A stretch of 64,000 nucleotides of DNA from a virus (IMGVR_UViG_3300042558_005069:1-64000), one strand, 5' to 3'. Positions 8,743 through 18,639 are shown, numbered from the stretch's first letter. Numbers and translations are program-made. The notes: a model not told the origin generated them from the letters alone.

Positions 8743-9225
8743 CTAACGGGTCTCCATGCTTGGGAGAGTCTTCATCGAGCGCAGCTGATGCTTACCTAAG
8801 CGCCAAGACTCACGCCAGCCATTTGGATTGAAAAGGTTCTCGTCTTTTTTGACTTCGTACCCGTAGGCCCATCCGACAAAAAAGAAAACGTTCCCCATGA
8901 GTTGTGCAAATATATATCGCCTCTGAATGGGGTCGTTGTCTCGGATGATAAGGCCACCACGTGGGTGACTAGTTGCTCGAATCTCATTTTCTCCGTCATC
9001 GGGAATTTGGTGAAACTCATTTATGGGGTTGTGCCACAGTTTTTCATTGATGCGCGCCCAGGCTAGTTCTGCTCCAGCCCCAACTCTTTCCTGTTGGATT
9101 CTCTCGTCCATCGAGCGATCATATGTTGATGCATGGTTCAGTCCCTGTTTGCCAGACTCGGTTATGCGTAGCCTGACGGCTTTATCAACTTCTGCCCAGT
9201 CACTGTCTGTCATTGCGTATCTCAT
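8743..9225 (-). CDS. Conserved hypothetical phage protein
   Basis: GAGAELA...EIRAT...GLIIR...VGWAYG pattern; start codon uncertain. Confidence 0.65.
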   Translation of the reverse strand: MRYAMTDSDWAEVDKAVRLRITESGKQGLNHASTYDRSMDERIQQERVGAGAELAWARINEKLWHNPINEFHQIPDDGENEIRATSHPRGGLIIRDNDPIQRRYIFAQLMGNVFFFVGWAYGYEVKKDENLFNPNGWRESWRLGKHQLRSMKTLPSMETR

Positions 9226-9401
9226 CCCGTAAAGATATAGCCATTGCTCAGGTATTACAACCATTGAGGCTGTTCGTTTGAGGACTTTGTATTTAGCAGC
9301 TTCTATGCAGATACGCAAAAGCCCCCATGAGACTTTTCTCATAGGGGCTCTTGTATCTGCGATTGAACGTAGAACGTATCTATCGCAAAAACGTTTAATC
9401 C

Positions 9402-10319
9402 TTAAGCTCTTGCTCCTGGCTTGTTGGCGAGGAATTCAACCAAGCTCCTAATCCCTTGGTTGGGCAACCCACTGCATGTTACGTAGATATTGAACGTACC
9501 ATTTGGCTGCTTTTCTTGTTCGATCACCAACTGAGAAAGATCAAATCCGTAGTTCTGCCATTTCCAGCGGAATGTTTGCCAATAGCTCGACTTTGAAGTT
9601 CCTTCAGTTGCAAGCATTCTCGTATTGGGGCGTGAAACAACTTCAAGAAACTTTAGCTCTTGAGCGTTTATTGCGTATTTGCCCGCATGTGAAAGAGACG
9701 ATTGCGACACGCTAACTTTTTTACTGTTAGAGAATACGGGAGACCCGGAACGTACTGCATCCTCGATCTTTTTCAGCTTTTGCTGCAAAGCAGCGTATCG
9801 CGAATGACCCTGTGGGGACATTTTCCCACTATCCGTGTATCGAACATAATGAGAGATCATTCCGTTCTCATTGCGAGTGCGAAGCTCGAAACACGATCCG
9901 AACCCACCAAGGCCAACATTTGCTCGACGTGATTTAGATTTTGCAGCGATATGCCACTCTTCAGGAGAGGCCATGAGTGTGAGCATCAACATTTCTGTAT
10001 TTGTTAATTTTGGAACCCGTACCACAGCAGCGGCGCTGGAGTTGACACCAGTCAAGGATGGAGGAAGGTCCATCTTAATTGGAGCAGAGAGTCCCATGTT
10101 CTTAATAATTTTCGCCATTGACGTAAGTGTTGAAGGGTCAACAGGGGTGTCCGTAGGGTACATCGCTTTCTCGTTGATTGCTTCAACCAGCAATTTCTCA
10201 ATCTTGGAAGTTGATAAGGTTTTTCCTTTGACAACTTCATTTGACGTTTTTGTATCGACCATATGGTCCTCCATTCGGTTTTTTGTATCCCGCTTTTGCG
10301 GTAGTTGGAAAGTTAACAC
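9402..10319 (-). CDS. Hypothetical protein
   Basis: 305-aa ORF; the true start is probably slightly downstream. Confidence 0.65.
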   Translation of the reverse strand: MLTFQLPQKRDTKNRMEDHMVDTKTSNEVVKGKTLSTSKIEKLLVEAINEKAMYPTDTPVDPSTLTSMAKIIKNMGLSAPIKMDLPPSLTGVNSSAAAVVRVPKLTNTEMLMLTLMASPEEWHIAAKSKSRRANVGLGGFGSCFELRTRNENGMISHYVRYTDSGKMSPQGHSRYAALQQKLKKIEDAVRSGSPVFSNSKKVSVSQSSLSHAGKYAINAQELKFLEVVSRPNTRMLATEGTSKSSYWQTFRWKWQNYGFDLSQLVIEQEKQPNGTFNIYVTCSGLPNQGIRSLVEFLANKPGARA

Positions 10320-10445
10320 TTGTGATAACTAATGACAACCTGAATTCAAAACTTTTTATTAAAGGTTGATTGACCGTGTTGAGGATCGATTATATCCTTG
10401 TGCGGCAATAGCTATTACCCAAACCAAATCCCCGATAGGAACCAT

Positions 10446-10805
10446 GTGGCCTCGAAAAAGACAACCCCTTCAGTAAAAAAGTCAACGACTTCAAAGAATG
10501 ACGCAACGAGGAATTCAAAAGCAACACCAAATAAAACAACTGCAAAAAAAATAAACAAAACTATTGTTAAGAAAGCTGCTGCCAAGAAGGCTGCTCCAAA
10601 GAAAGCTGCTCCCAAGAAGAACCCATCCGTGAATTCGAAAGAACAGTCAAGCAGCGGTCTTGCCAATGGAACAAAAAAGGTTACGCCATTTCAAATGGCT
10701 AGTACTAAAACTACGACAACACCGGTAATGCAACTTATTGCAAATGTTACAAAGACTGCAACTTCTATCTCTGTACATAGAGATATTCGCTCAGACAAGA
10801 GATAA
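10446..10805 (+). CDS. Lys/Ala/Pro-rich histone-H1-like DNA-binding protein
   Basis: KKAAAKKAAPKKAAPKK repeats; GTG after AGGAA. Confidence 0.6.
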   Translation: MASKKTTPSVKKSTTSKNDATRNSKATPNKTTAKKINKTIVKKAAAKKAAPKKAAPKKNPSVNSKEQSSSGLANGTKKVTPFQMASTKTTTTPVMQLIANVTKTATSISVHRDIRSDKR

Positions 10806-10814
10806 GGTAAGGGC

Positions 10815-11072
10815 ATGATTACTAAAAACTTCACCGCAGCTGAAATTGAATTCAATGACTGGATCCGTATTGGTCTAGAGAAAGGCTGGTGCGGGCCCCC
10901 CGTTTGCTACACCCACGACGCCTTGCCTACTTCGCAAGAGGAAGATGACGCGTGGAGCGAGGGAGACGACCCATGCATGCATATTATCCGTCTTTACGAA
11001 AACGAAGAGCACATGGAGCAAGTTAAGGAAAATCATTCGCCGAGCGTATGGCGCGATCGTTTCAAGGGATAG
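10815..11072 (+). CDS. Conserved hypothetical actinophage-type protein (GWCGPPVCYTHD)
   Basis: 85-aa ORF within an operon. Confidence 0.7.
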   Translation: MITKNFTAAEIEFNDWIRIGLEKGWCGPPVCYTHDALPTSQEEDDAWSEGDDPCMHIIRLYENEEHMEQVKENHSPSVWRDRFKG

Positions 11073-11075
11073 TTA

Positions 11076-11333
11076 GTGCCGCATTACACCGTTACCTGGA
11101 CTCACAGTATTGAGTGCGAGAGTACCGAGCAAGCTGTGCACGCAGCGTTTAGAGAAATGCTGAAAGCAGGAGTGGGGAACGGCTTGAATAATAGTTTGAT
11201 TGTTTCTGATGATCAAACTGGCAACTCAGTTGAAATGACTATTCTTGATGGTGTTGTTAAAGTAGAGCCGATGTTGGTAGCGCAACTTCTTGGGTTCAGG
11301 CACATCATCTGGGCGGGTCAAGCAAGAAAGTAA
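11076..11333 (+). CDS. Hypothetical protein
   Basis: Closely packed ORF. Confidence 0.55.
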   Translation: MPHYTVTWTHSIECESTEQAVHAAFREMLKAGVGNGLNNSLIVSDDQTGNSVEMTILDGVVKVEPMLVAQLLGFRHIIWAGQARK

Positions 11334-11597
11334 CTACTTTTTCCTTGCTATCCATCTGTAGGGGGCAAGTACAACGCGTCCAATTTTCCATGTTCGCGAC
11401 GCCTTGACTGCTTGCAACTCTAGCCTTACTGCCCGCAGCTCTCGTTCGGCTTTTTCTTTTCTGTAGTTTGCTTCGTCGCGTTCTGCCCGCATCCCGATGA
11501 ATTGATCAGCGCGACGCATTGCCTGAAGTTCTTCCTCGATTGCTGCTTCTGTTTTTTTTGGTGCGTTTTTTTTGCTCATTGCCAAAATATAGTACAT
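11334..11597 (-). CDS. Coiled-coil hypothetical protein with SRTWKIGR tail
   Basis: ORF; the SxSWRIT-like tail is common on glycosyltransferase-associated coiled coils. Confidence 0.6.
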   Translation of the reverse strand: MYYILAMSKKNAPKKTEAAIEEELQAMRRADQFIGMRAERDEANYRKEKAERELRAVRLELQAVKASRTWKIGRVVLAPYRWIARKK

Positions 11598-11917
11598 GGC
11601 AAAGGTTAAAGCAATGAGCTTAGATTTAGGGGTTGTCTATTCCCACATCTCGTAGTTGCTGATGTCAAATTCACGAAATCTTAAAGCTGCCAAGGTGACC
11701 GCGAAAGCAGCAAGTGGAGCGATGACAACGAACAATAAAACCTTTTTCATCTTTTACCACTGCAGCATTTTATGATCGCATGGCGCGCTGGGCGGATTGT
11801 TTTCAACTCTGATGCAGGGATGAGGCGTTTGACAACTTCCTCTTGCTCTGGAGTCTCTGGGGCTTGGTTCTCTTCGGTGTCTTCCATCTAACAATTGTGA
11901 CATAAAGATCGTTAATT

Positions 11918-12127
11918 TCAGAACAGCGGAGGCTGGTTCAGGTCTTCCCCGTTCAAGCCTTTACAGACGTCATGTCGGTAACGAAATTGCTCCTGCTCAA
12001 TGGACGCCACGGTCTTACCCTTCCCTCTAAGCCAAACAAGGGTCAATCGGCTGACCGTTGAATCAGAAGGCCGCACGGACAGGCCGCAAACATCACAGGA
12101 ATACATAGGGGTAATTTCATTCATCAA
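11918..12127 (-). CDS. Small zinc-finger-like protein
   Basis: CDVC...HDVC; AAGGAG RBS. Confidence 0.6.
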   Translation of the reverse strand: MMNEITPMYSCDVCGLSVRPSDSTVSRLTLVWLRGKGKTVASIEQEQFRYRHDVCKGLNGEDLNQPPLF

Positions 12128-12368
12128 ACATCTCCTTGGAGCTATCTATCAATCGCCCGTAGGGCAATGTAGATGATACTCAGAACTATCACGATTATGT
12201 AGGTCATAATGAAATTATCCTTTTCTTGTCACGTAGACAAGAATACGTCACTGGACCGACTAATCAGGGGTCTCCGAAGAGAAGTATTGATTCTGCGAAA
12301 CTGCTAGGATTGGGTTCGAGGTCAGTTGGGCTGAAGTTTTTACTCTTTCAGCAGTTACTCATATTCTG

Positions 12369-14324
12369 TTGTTCGCTTTAAATAAAAGGTGGATATTTAA
12401 AATGAAGTTATATTTTGAGAAGAATGAAGTCGTTTTTGATTTTCCATTTGAAAGATCCCAAGTCGACGAGCTCAAGTCCATTCCTGGAGCCAAATGGGAC
12501 AAGGGGAACAAGGTCTGGCGACTGCCCGTAACGTCAATTCAAGCCGGGCGCGATTTTGCAATTAAGCATGGGTTCGACGTAACAATTGATGTTCTCAAGT
12601 TTGACGCTCCAAAGTTAGGGAAGACGTCTTCGGCTCGGGTAGTAATAGAAGACGACACAATCTTTATGTACTTCTCGTACGAGCGCGTGATAATAAAAGC
12701 TGTCAAACAAATACCCGCTGTCTCATGGGACTCCAAACGACACGGGTGGCAAGCTCCCCTGTCTTCTGCATCTAATGTGATTGAGTGGGCCGAAGCTTTC
12801 AATGTACCCATTGACGACAAAGTCATCGCAGTCAGTGACGAGATACGTCAAAAAATGAATCAGTTAATCGAGGCCTCCAGATCAACGGACGCACTGATTG
12901 AGGTCGAAGCAATAAACGGGGAAATGCTCCCGTACCAAAGGGCTGGGGTTATGTATGCATCAAACGCCCGCCGCACATTCATCGCCGACGAAATGGGGTT
13001 GGGAAAATCTCTGCAGGCAATTGCAACCATTGAGTACGTTCAAGATAGTTACCCAGTCGTTGTCGTGTGTCCCCCGAGCCTTGTTCTCAACTGGCAAGCA
13101 GAGTACACAAAATGGCTTCCCAATAGAAAAGTCTCAGTAGTTACTAACCGTAAAGATTTTCCAGAGTCTGGCTCATACGACGTAGTCGTGGTTGGTTACA
13201 GCAATATCCAGACATGGGAAAAGAAACTATCGAATCATCGCTCGTATGTCTTTGACGAATCCCACTACTGCAAGACACCCACGGCAGCCCGCACCAGGTC
13301 GGCAGTAAAGATTGCAAAGTCGGCACCCAAGGAAGGTCTAGTTCTTTGCTTGACCGGCACGCCGGTAACGAATCGCCCCAATGAGTATGCTTCCCAGTTG
13401 GAGATTCTCGGAAGACTGAAAGAGTTCGGTGGGCTTTGGGGATTCTATCGTCGATACTGCGGCGCATTTCAAGACCAGTTCGGGCAATGGAACATAAGTG
13501 GGCACTCGCACCTTGATGAGTTGAACGAAAGACTACGCTCAGCCTGTTACATCAGACGAACCAAAGATCAAGTGCTTACCGAACTCCCGCCCGTGATACA
13601 TAGCAGGATAGTTGTCGCAGGAACATCAGCAGGCATGAAGGAGTACGCAAAGGCAGAGAAAGATATTCTGTTTTATATCGCTGAAAGAGCGCGAGAGCTT
13701 GCCATTAAAGAGGGAAAAGACTCTAGCTACAAGGCTGCGATGGCTGCGATGATTCGAGCGGAAGCAAATGAGCATTTAGTTCGACTTTCGGTTCTACGTC
13801 GTCTCGCAGCAAAGGCGAAGATGGAAGAAGTACTGGAGTGGGTGGCAACCCGTGTAGAAAATGGCAAGAAAGTCGTAGTCGCAGCGCACCACAGAGAGAT
13901 AGTTGATGAAGTTGCTCGCCGTTACGGAGGAATAAAGATTCAAGGCGGGATGGCGGTAGAGGACGTTGAAGAAAACAAGAGAAAGTTTCAGGAACTCCCC
14001 GTAGAGGAAGTTCCAGTCATAGTGCTTTCCATGCAGGCTGCTAAGACTGGTCATACACTCACAGCGTCAGAAGAATGCTTATTCGTTGAACTCCCGTGGA
14101 CGCCCGCTGACGTAGATCAAACTTTCAGTAGATTGCACAGGTTAGGGCAAAAAGGCAGTGTCACTGCTACCTACATGCTTGCTGCTGGGACTATCGATGA
14201 GGACATCTATGAGCTCATTGAACGTAAACGCACAATCGTTGATGCCGCAGTTGATGGCATAGAAGCCATAGACAACGAAGGCGCTGTTCAGCTTATTATG
14301 AACCTTCTCAGCAGAGCTAGCTGA
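12369..14324 (+). CDS. SNF2-family helicase with two N-terminal HARP-like domains (SMARCAL1-like)
   Basis: ADEMGLGKS, DESH, LTGTP, QTFSRLHRLGQ; two G/AxxWDxxxxxW repeats at the N-terminus. Start probably ATG 12402. Confidence 0.9.
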   Translation: MFALNKRWIFKMKLYFEKNEVVFDFPFERSQVDELKSIPGAKWDKGNKVWRLPVTSIQAGRDFAIKHGFDVTIDVLKFDAPKLGKTSSARVVIEDDTIFMYFSYERVIIKAVKQIPAVSWDSKRHGWQAPLSSASNVIEWAEAFNVPIDDKVIAVSDEIRQKMNQLIEASRSTDALIEVEAINGEMLPYQRAGVMYASNARRTFIADEMGLGKSLQAIATIEYVQDSYPVVVVCPPSLVLNWQAEYTKWLPNRKVSVVTNRKDFPESGSYDVVVVGYSNIQTWEKKLSNHRSYVFDESHYCKTPTAARTRSAVKIAKSAPKEGLVLCLTGTPVTNRPNEYASQLEILGRLKEFGGLWGFYRRYCGAFQDQFGQWNISGHSHLDELNERLRSACYIRRTKDQVLTELPPVIHSRIVVAGTSAGMKEYAKAEKDILFYIAERARELAIKEGKDSSYKAAMAAMIRAEANEHLVRLSVLRRLAAKAKMEEVLEWVATRVENGKKVVVAAHHREIVDEVARRYGGIKIQGGMAVEDVEENKRKFQELPVEEVPVIVLSMQAAKTGHTLTASEECLFVELPWTPADVDQTFSRLHRLGQKGSVTATYMLAAGTIDEDIYELIERKRTIVDAAVDGIEAIDNEGAVQLIMNLLSRAS

Positions 14325-14778
14325 CTTCCGGAATTTGAGACTCCGTACCGTTTTCAGTACCATTCCTGATTATCTCCTCAGCGATCAATCGTGCGTACTT
14401 GCGGCGTAGTCGCCAAATCTTCTTGTTTAACTCGATCATCTCATCGCTTACGCGTGCCTTGATGATTGCTTTATCATCGAAAACCCCGTGTGTGTTAAAC
14501 ATTGCGTCCTGTATGTCTGCGTCTTCTATGATTATGTCCGATATCCAGCCCGCACGCTTGTCTATCGCGAGCATTAAGTCGCAAAGTCCCTCAATGCCAA
14601 ATTCAGCATGGACTTTATTCACGGCAAGTGAGCAAAAGTTCGTCCGGTAGAGCAACTGTGCTCGTTGGGATTGAGACATGAACTCGGACAGCCATACAGC
14701 GAGTTCTTCTCTCGATGGGGTTGCATCCTCGTGCATGAACTCTTCTGAAAACTCGTCTTCGTTATCGGGTTGGTTCAT
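14317..14778 (-). CDS. Hypothetical protein
   Basis: 153-aa ORF with GAGGG RBS. Confidence 0.7.
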   Translation of the reverse strand: MNQPDNEDEFSEEFMHEDATPSREELAVWLSEFMSQSQRAQLLYRTNFCSLAVNKVHAEFGIEGLCDLMLAIDKRAGWISDIIIEDADIQDAMFNTHGVFDDKAIIKARVSDEMIELNKKIWRLRRKYARLIAEEIIRNGTENGTESQIPEVS

Positions 14779-14831
14779 GTGCCCTCGATTTGCTAGTTGC
14801 TAATCAAAATAAATAATAACAGTAGTTGGAT

Positions 14832-15857
14832 CTAAGCCCGTGACAACAGATAATCCTGCGCACGCAGCTTCGAACGGGTCACCCATGAATTCGAGTCCAT
14901 AGACGCAATCGCACGTTCCTTCACTGTCGCATCACGATAATGATCTAGGTATTCTCCGATGGCATTTACCGTTGACCAAGCGTTGAACCCGTAGTTCTTG
15001 GCGTTGTTCTCGTTCATGTACACAGCTTTGACAAGCGCAATGATGTTGTCTCTGTTCTTCTGCTGCCTATCCGTCTGCTTGATAGATAAAGGAAACACTT
15101 GATTGAGAACATCGTCCATGATTTTCGATGAAGGAGGAACGCTTATGGATAGAAGCTTGTTGGCTGTAGCAGTAAACTCCGTAGCCCATGTGCGTGAAAT
15201 GCGCAAAACGTCATTCGCCTGCTCCATAGCCCGTTCTGCATTTCGTGTATGCCGCGCTGTGAACACGCGGTTAGCGGCAGAAACTCCAAGGACTACCGTG
15301 TTCTTACATACCGCCCGTATGCTCGTGTTGGCGAAGGTGATAGCGATCTTCCCGTCGTGCCCGTTACGGACGAGCAGGTATCTCGCAATCTCGTCGTTTA
15401 CGCCCATAGGGTCAATGACCAGCGGTCCTAGGTCGATGGATGAAAAGAACTCACGTCCTCCGTTGAGCACTCCACACGTGTCTACTACAGCATCGCCCGA
15501 TGAGGCTCCGACGATAGCAAGTGCGTAGTCAAGGCATTCACGGTTCTGCTGGACAACGTATCGAGTCCCCACGGTAGCCAATCCATTGAACGTTCCGTCC
15601 GGATTGACTCGTACGGTCGCTCTGCTGTCTGGAATCATTACGTATTGACCGTCTGGGTTCCTGATCGGCTGTCCTTGATCGTCACACACCGCAACGCGAG
15701 TGGTGACAACGTCGAAATCTGCCTGAGCTGCTGCGAGCATTGCTTCCGCTGTCTGCAAGCCCTCCATCGGCACCCCTAGGCGATGCCAAGGGATTTCCCT
15801 GTTGGAATAAGCCATTCTGGCTTGACCGTCTGATGCGAATTCTAACTGATGAGCCAT
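14832..15857 (-). CDS. DUF932 (LGT_TIGR03299-like) phage/plasmid protein
   Basis: MAH...PWHRLG, Y.VVQN.E, NGHDG, IRAVCKNT, RHT motifs. Confidence 0.85.
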   Translation of the reverse strand: MAHQLEFASDGQARMAYSNREIPWHRLGVPMEGLQTAEAMLAAAQADFDVVTTRVAVCDDQGQPIRNPDGQYVMIPDSRATVRVNPDGTFNGLATVGTRYVVQQNRECLDYALAIVGASSGDAVVDTCGVLNGGREFFSSIDLGPLVIDPMGVNDEIARYLLVRNGHDGKIAITFANTSIRAVCKNTVVLGVSAANRVFTARHTRNAERAMEQANDVLRISRTWATEFTATANKLLSISVPPSSKIMDDVLNQVFPLSIKQTDRQQKNRDNIIALVKAVYMNENNAKNYGFNAWSTVNAIGEYLDHYRDATVKERAIASMDSNSWVTRSKLRAQDYLLSRA

Positions 15858-16052
15858 TGCCTGTGTGTCTTCCTATGTAGTTAGATAAATCTATCTGAAG
15901 GAAGTGTACAAGGTGCCTAGCGTCGGAGAACGAAACAAACATGATGAAAGAGGCGATTACTATGCAGCAACCCGTAGACGTTGCGGCACAACGATATAAA
16001 GCCTCGGGTCTAGAAAGACAAAGACCTCGAATTTAGAAAAACGGCTCTACGT

Positions 16053-16454
16053 TTATTCCTTGACAGAGACGAGCCTCAGGCGAGGCGTTTGACCACTAGG
16101 GGTATTTCGTGGCTTCTTTACGTAAGTTGGGTGATCATGACGTGACTTTATTCGCGCCTCACAACGAGCGTTATACCACGCAACACAGAAGAGGGTGGCG
16201 AATACAGTTGCGGCGAGCGTCATGACGATCCCTACGTACAAGAGCGGTAGCGATTGGCTGTCAAAGGCGACCTTGATGTACAGCGACGACACAGGGGGTA
16301 GTAGCAGCACTAGTGCAGCACGTATCTTGCCAAATTTGATGTATGAGTTCATTATCTCTTCTTTCAGTAGGTTCCAGTATGTGGGCACATGATGTGCTCT
16401 TGTGCACAATACCCGTGGCACTTGGCAAAAGTCAAGCATTATTGAACAAGACAC
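16053..16454 (-). CDS. Two-TM membrane protein
   Basis: Hydrophobic segments; start likely at the internal MNSY. Confidence 0.55.
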   Translation of the reverse strand: MSCSIMLDFCQVPRVLCTRAHHVPTYWNLLKEEIMNSYIKFGKIRAALVLLLPPVSSLYIKVAFDSQSLPLLYVGIVMTLAATVFATLFCVAWYNARCEARIKSRHDHPTYVKKPRNTPSGQTPRLRLVSVKE

Positions 16455-16482
16455 AAGAAAGAATCTAAGATATTGTCACGTT

Positions 16483-16758
16483 ATGGGAATAATCTACAAA
16501 CAAGCAGCCGCAACAGACGATAATACGAAAGCAGACATTAGTTCGCTTGGGCAGTATGCGAAGTGGTTTGTGCTACACAATCTTAGCTTTTCTCTCAGGA
16601 ACGATGGCGGGACCTGGGTGTGCGAGGCGCTAGGTAGGCATGGGGATTTGCCATTCTCTGCACGAAGCAACAGGTGCGGATCTTCAGAGCAAGCAGTCTA
16701 TGAGTGCTTCGTTTCTGCACGTAATACCTTACGTGGAGAGCCTTACATAATGGGTTGA
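16483..16758 (+). CDS. Hypothetical protein
   Basis: ORF, internal ATG start. Confidence 0.5.
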   Translation: MGIIYKQAAATDDNTKADISSLGQYAKWFVLHNLSFSLRNDGGTWVCEALGRHGDLPFSARSNRCGSSEQAVYECFVSARNTLRGEPYIMG

Positions 16759-17072
16759 TCTGATCCATGTTCGCAGTGAGCAAACTCACAGCACGGCACG
16801 TCACCAACGTATGAATGGTGTCCTTGACCAAAGTGCTCAGCAAGCATGGGGAAAGTGCGAAAGAACGTAACGATGCAGTCGTGGCACATGATCCATTCGG
16901 CGCTGATCCGCTTCTCGAACAGTATGTCGAGTTGATCGCTGAATCCTCCATAGTAGCCAAAGGACTCAAAGGGGAGTATCCAACCGTGGTCGGGGTAAAT
17001 GCGCTGGGCAGTGCATGGATGTGATTGACCACAAGCAGAGCATCTAGCGTATCTGTCTTGGTTGATTGCCAT
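16743..17072 (-). CDS. Cys/His-rich hypothetical protein
   Basis: CSAC, GYYGGFSD, CHDC, CCEFA. Confidence 0.65.
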   Translation of the reverse strand: MAINQDRYARCSACGQSHPCTAQRIYPDHGWILPFESFGYYGGFSDQLDILFEKRISAEWIMCHDCIVTFFRTFPMLAEHFGQGHHSYVGDVPCCEFAHCEHGSDQPIM

Positions 17073-17167
17073 GCCTGTAGTCTCTCATCAATACCCGTGG
17101 CGCCTGCGCAACTTGGGAGGGGAAATGCGAAGGGCGTATCACAGGTGATACAGGGGTAGGCAGGGGG

Positions 17168-17515
17168 CTAGAGCCTGACGCCTGCTGACGTGGATCGGAT
17201 GAACGATGAATATGCATACCGCCTACGTCGCCTACGTTCTTCGTCTGTCACGTTCGCAAAGACATAGCCAAGCATTGACTCAGCCTCTAGCATCAGTTCG
17301 TCGAGGCTGAACTCAGCACCCGTGGCGGTCTGCGGCGTTACGTTGTGCCGCTTGCAGGCGGCGATCACAAGATGCGAGAACAGTGCTGATATGTGCTGAT
17401 ACTCCATCGCCTCCTCTGGAACGAGGCGACGCTTCTGCGTGGTGCGTATACGTATGGACTTACGTATCAGTCGCGTGCATACATAGAAACCTCTGAAGCG
17501 GTTGAGGTTGCTCAT
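17168..17515 (-). CDS. Hypothetical basic protein
   Basis: Internal ATG (MSNLNRF); the upstream extension is low-complexity. Confidence 0.5.
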   Translation of the reverse strand: MSNLNRFRGFYVCTRLIRKSIRIRTTQKRRLVPEEAMEYQHISALFSHLVIAACKRHNVTPQTATGAEFSLDELMLEAESMLGYVFANVTDEERRRRRRYAYSSFIRSTSAGVRL

Positions 17516-17602
17516 ATATTCTTGCCTGCCTTTGCCTTGTGTCGTTTGTCTGTGTATACATAGTACGCACAGTGCGATTGCCCCTGCACTCACTGTGTCC
17601 GT

Positions 17603-17632
17603 ACCCGCACCCGCACCCGCACCCGCACCCGC
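17603..17632 (+). repeat. Tandem (ACCCGC)5
   Basis: Read directly. Confidence 0.9.
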
Positions 17633-18243
17633 GAGGGGTGAACGCTCCTGCTGTGGGCGATACTCTGTTGAGATGAGCAAGAACGGCTCCAACCAATGCA
17701 GGTCTTCGCCTGAGCAGGTCGTAGGGCGATTCTAGGGGCGTATGGCGGAAGCCTTGCTCGCTCTCAAGAGGGGCGTGACGTGTGTAATCAAATGACTACG
17801 CACTAACTCAATCAGGCTGGTCAGGCATCGGCTCGGACTCTCGTCCTGAGCCTACGGCTTTTGCCTTTTGGCACTGCGTGACTTTCGCCGTGAAATCCTA
17901 GACTTTCACTCACTGCCCCACAGAGGGTGCCCCCCTCTGTATCTGCCGTAGTTTGTGGGTTTACGTGCAGGTCCCTGCATGGGGAGAGCCCCGCACGCTT
18001 TCTTGCGAACGCTCCAGCGCCGGGGGGTCAATGCAGCAGAAAATTGAGGTCGATTCATTTGTATAAATTTATCCAAACATGTTCTGATTTGCAACCCACA
18101 TGACGTGTTATTGTTCGTTTCTCAGCTATTTATTTCCTCCTAGTGGGTAGCTGACGCATGCATGCAAGGATAAGGCCCTGTAGTTGCTCTGGGGGCAGAG
18201 AACTATGGGGTCTTTCCTTTTGTTTTTGTGGTATAAATAATCT

Positions 18244-18639
18244 ATGACTGATCCACAAATTGACAACGAATATGGGGATTACCCTATCTTTATCTCATCT
18301 CTTAACAGCCTATGGGCGCATAATACCGACCCAGATCTGAAGTATGGCGATTTTTATCTTGCTGAATTAGAAAGACAACATCCGGAAGCGGCGCAGCTAG
18401 TTAAAGACTCTCCATTTGAAGTAGTTGGAAAAAATAGCTTTCCCAAAAACGTTCATGATCTTGTTGGAGGTTATTTTGGACGCAAATATTATTTCGAAAG
18501 CGGAGAGTTTGCCACTCACGGATTGAAAACATCATGGCGGAAAAATCCTTATCAAGGGCTACCTAGCGAAAAAATAAGGATGGGCCCTTCAGGGTATGAT
18601 CCAGATCCATCTACTTTCAAAAATAGGAATACAAATTAA
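18244..18639 (+). CDS. Hypothetical protein (paralog of the next gene)
   Basis: TGGTATAAAT -10 directly upstream (leaderless); similar to 18642..18968. Confidence 0.7.
   Translation: MTDPQIDNEYGDYPIFISSLNSLWAHNTDPDLKYGDFYLAELERQHPEAAQLVKDSPFEVVGKNSFPKNVHDLVGGYFGRKYYFESGEFATHGLKTSWRKNPYQGLPSEKIRMGPSGYDPDPSTFKNRNTN

Larger units (their letters stand above)
814..8753. repeat. Spaced palindrome motif C, AGCCCCG-N17-CGGGGCT, 9 copies
   Basis: 814-844, 1229-1259, 2734-2764, 3434-3464, 4107-4137, 5902-5932, 7102-7132, 7941-7971, 8723-8753 (one mismatch). The spacer is 17 nt in every copy. Confidence 0.95.

Noticed and set aside
17987-18027. Possible tenth motif-C palindrome
   Set aside because: The left arm AGCCCCG is present but there is no right arm at 17-nt spacing.
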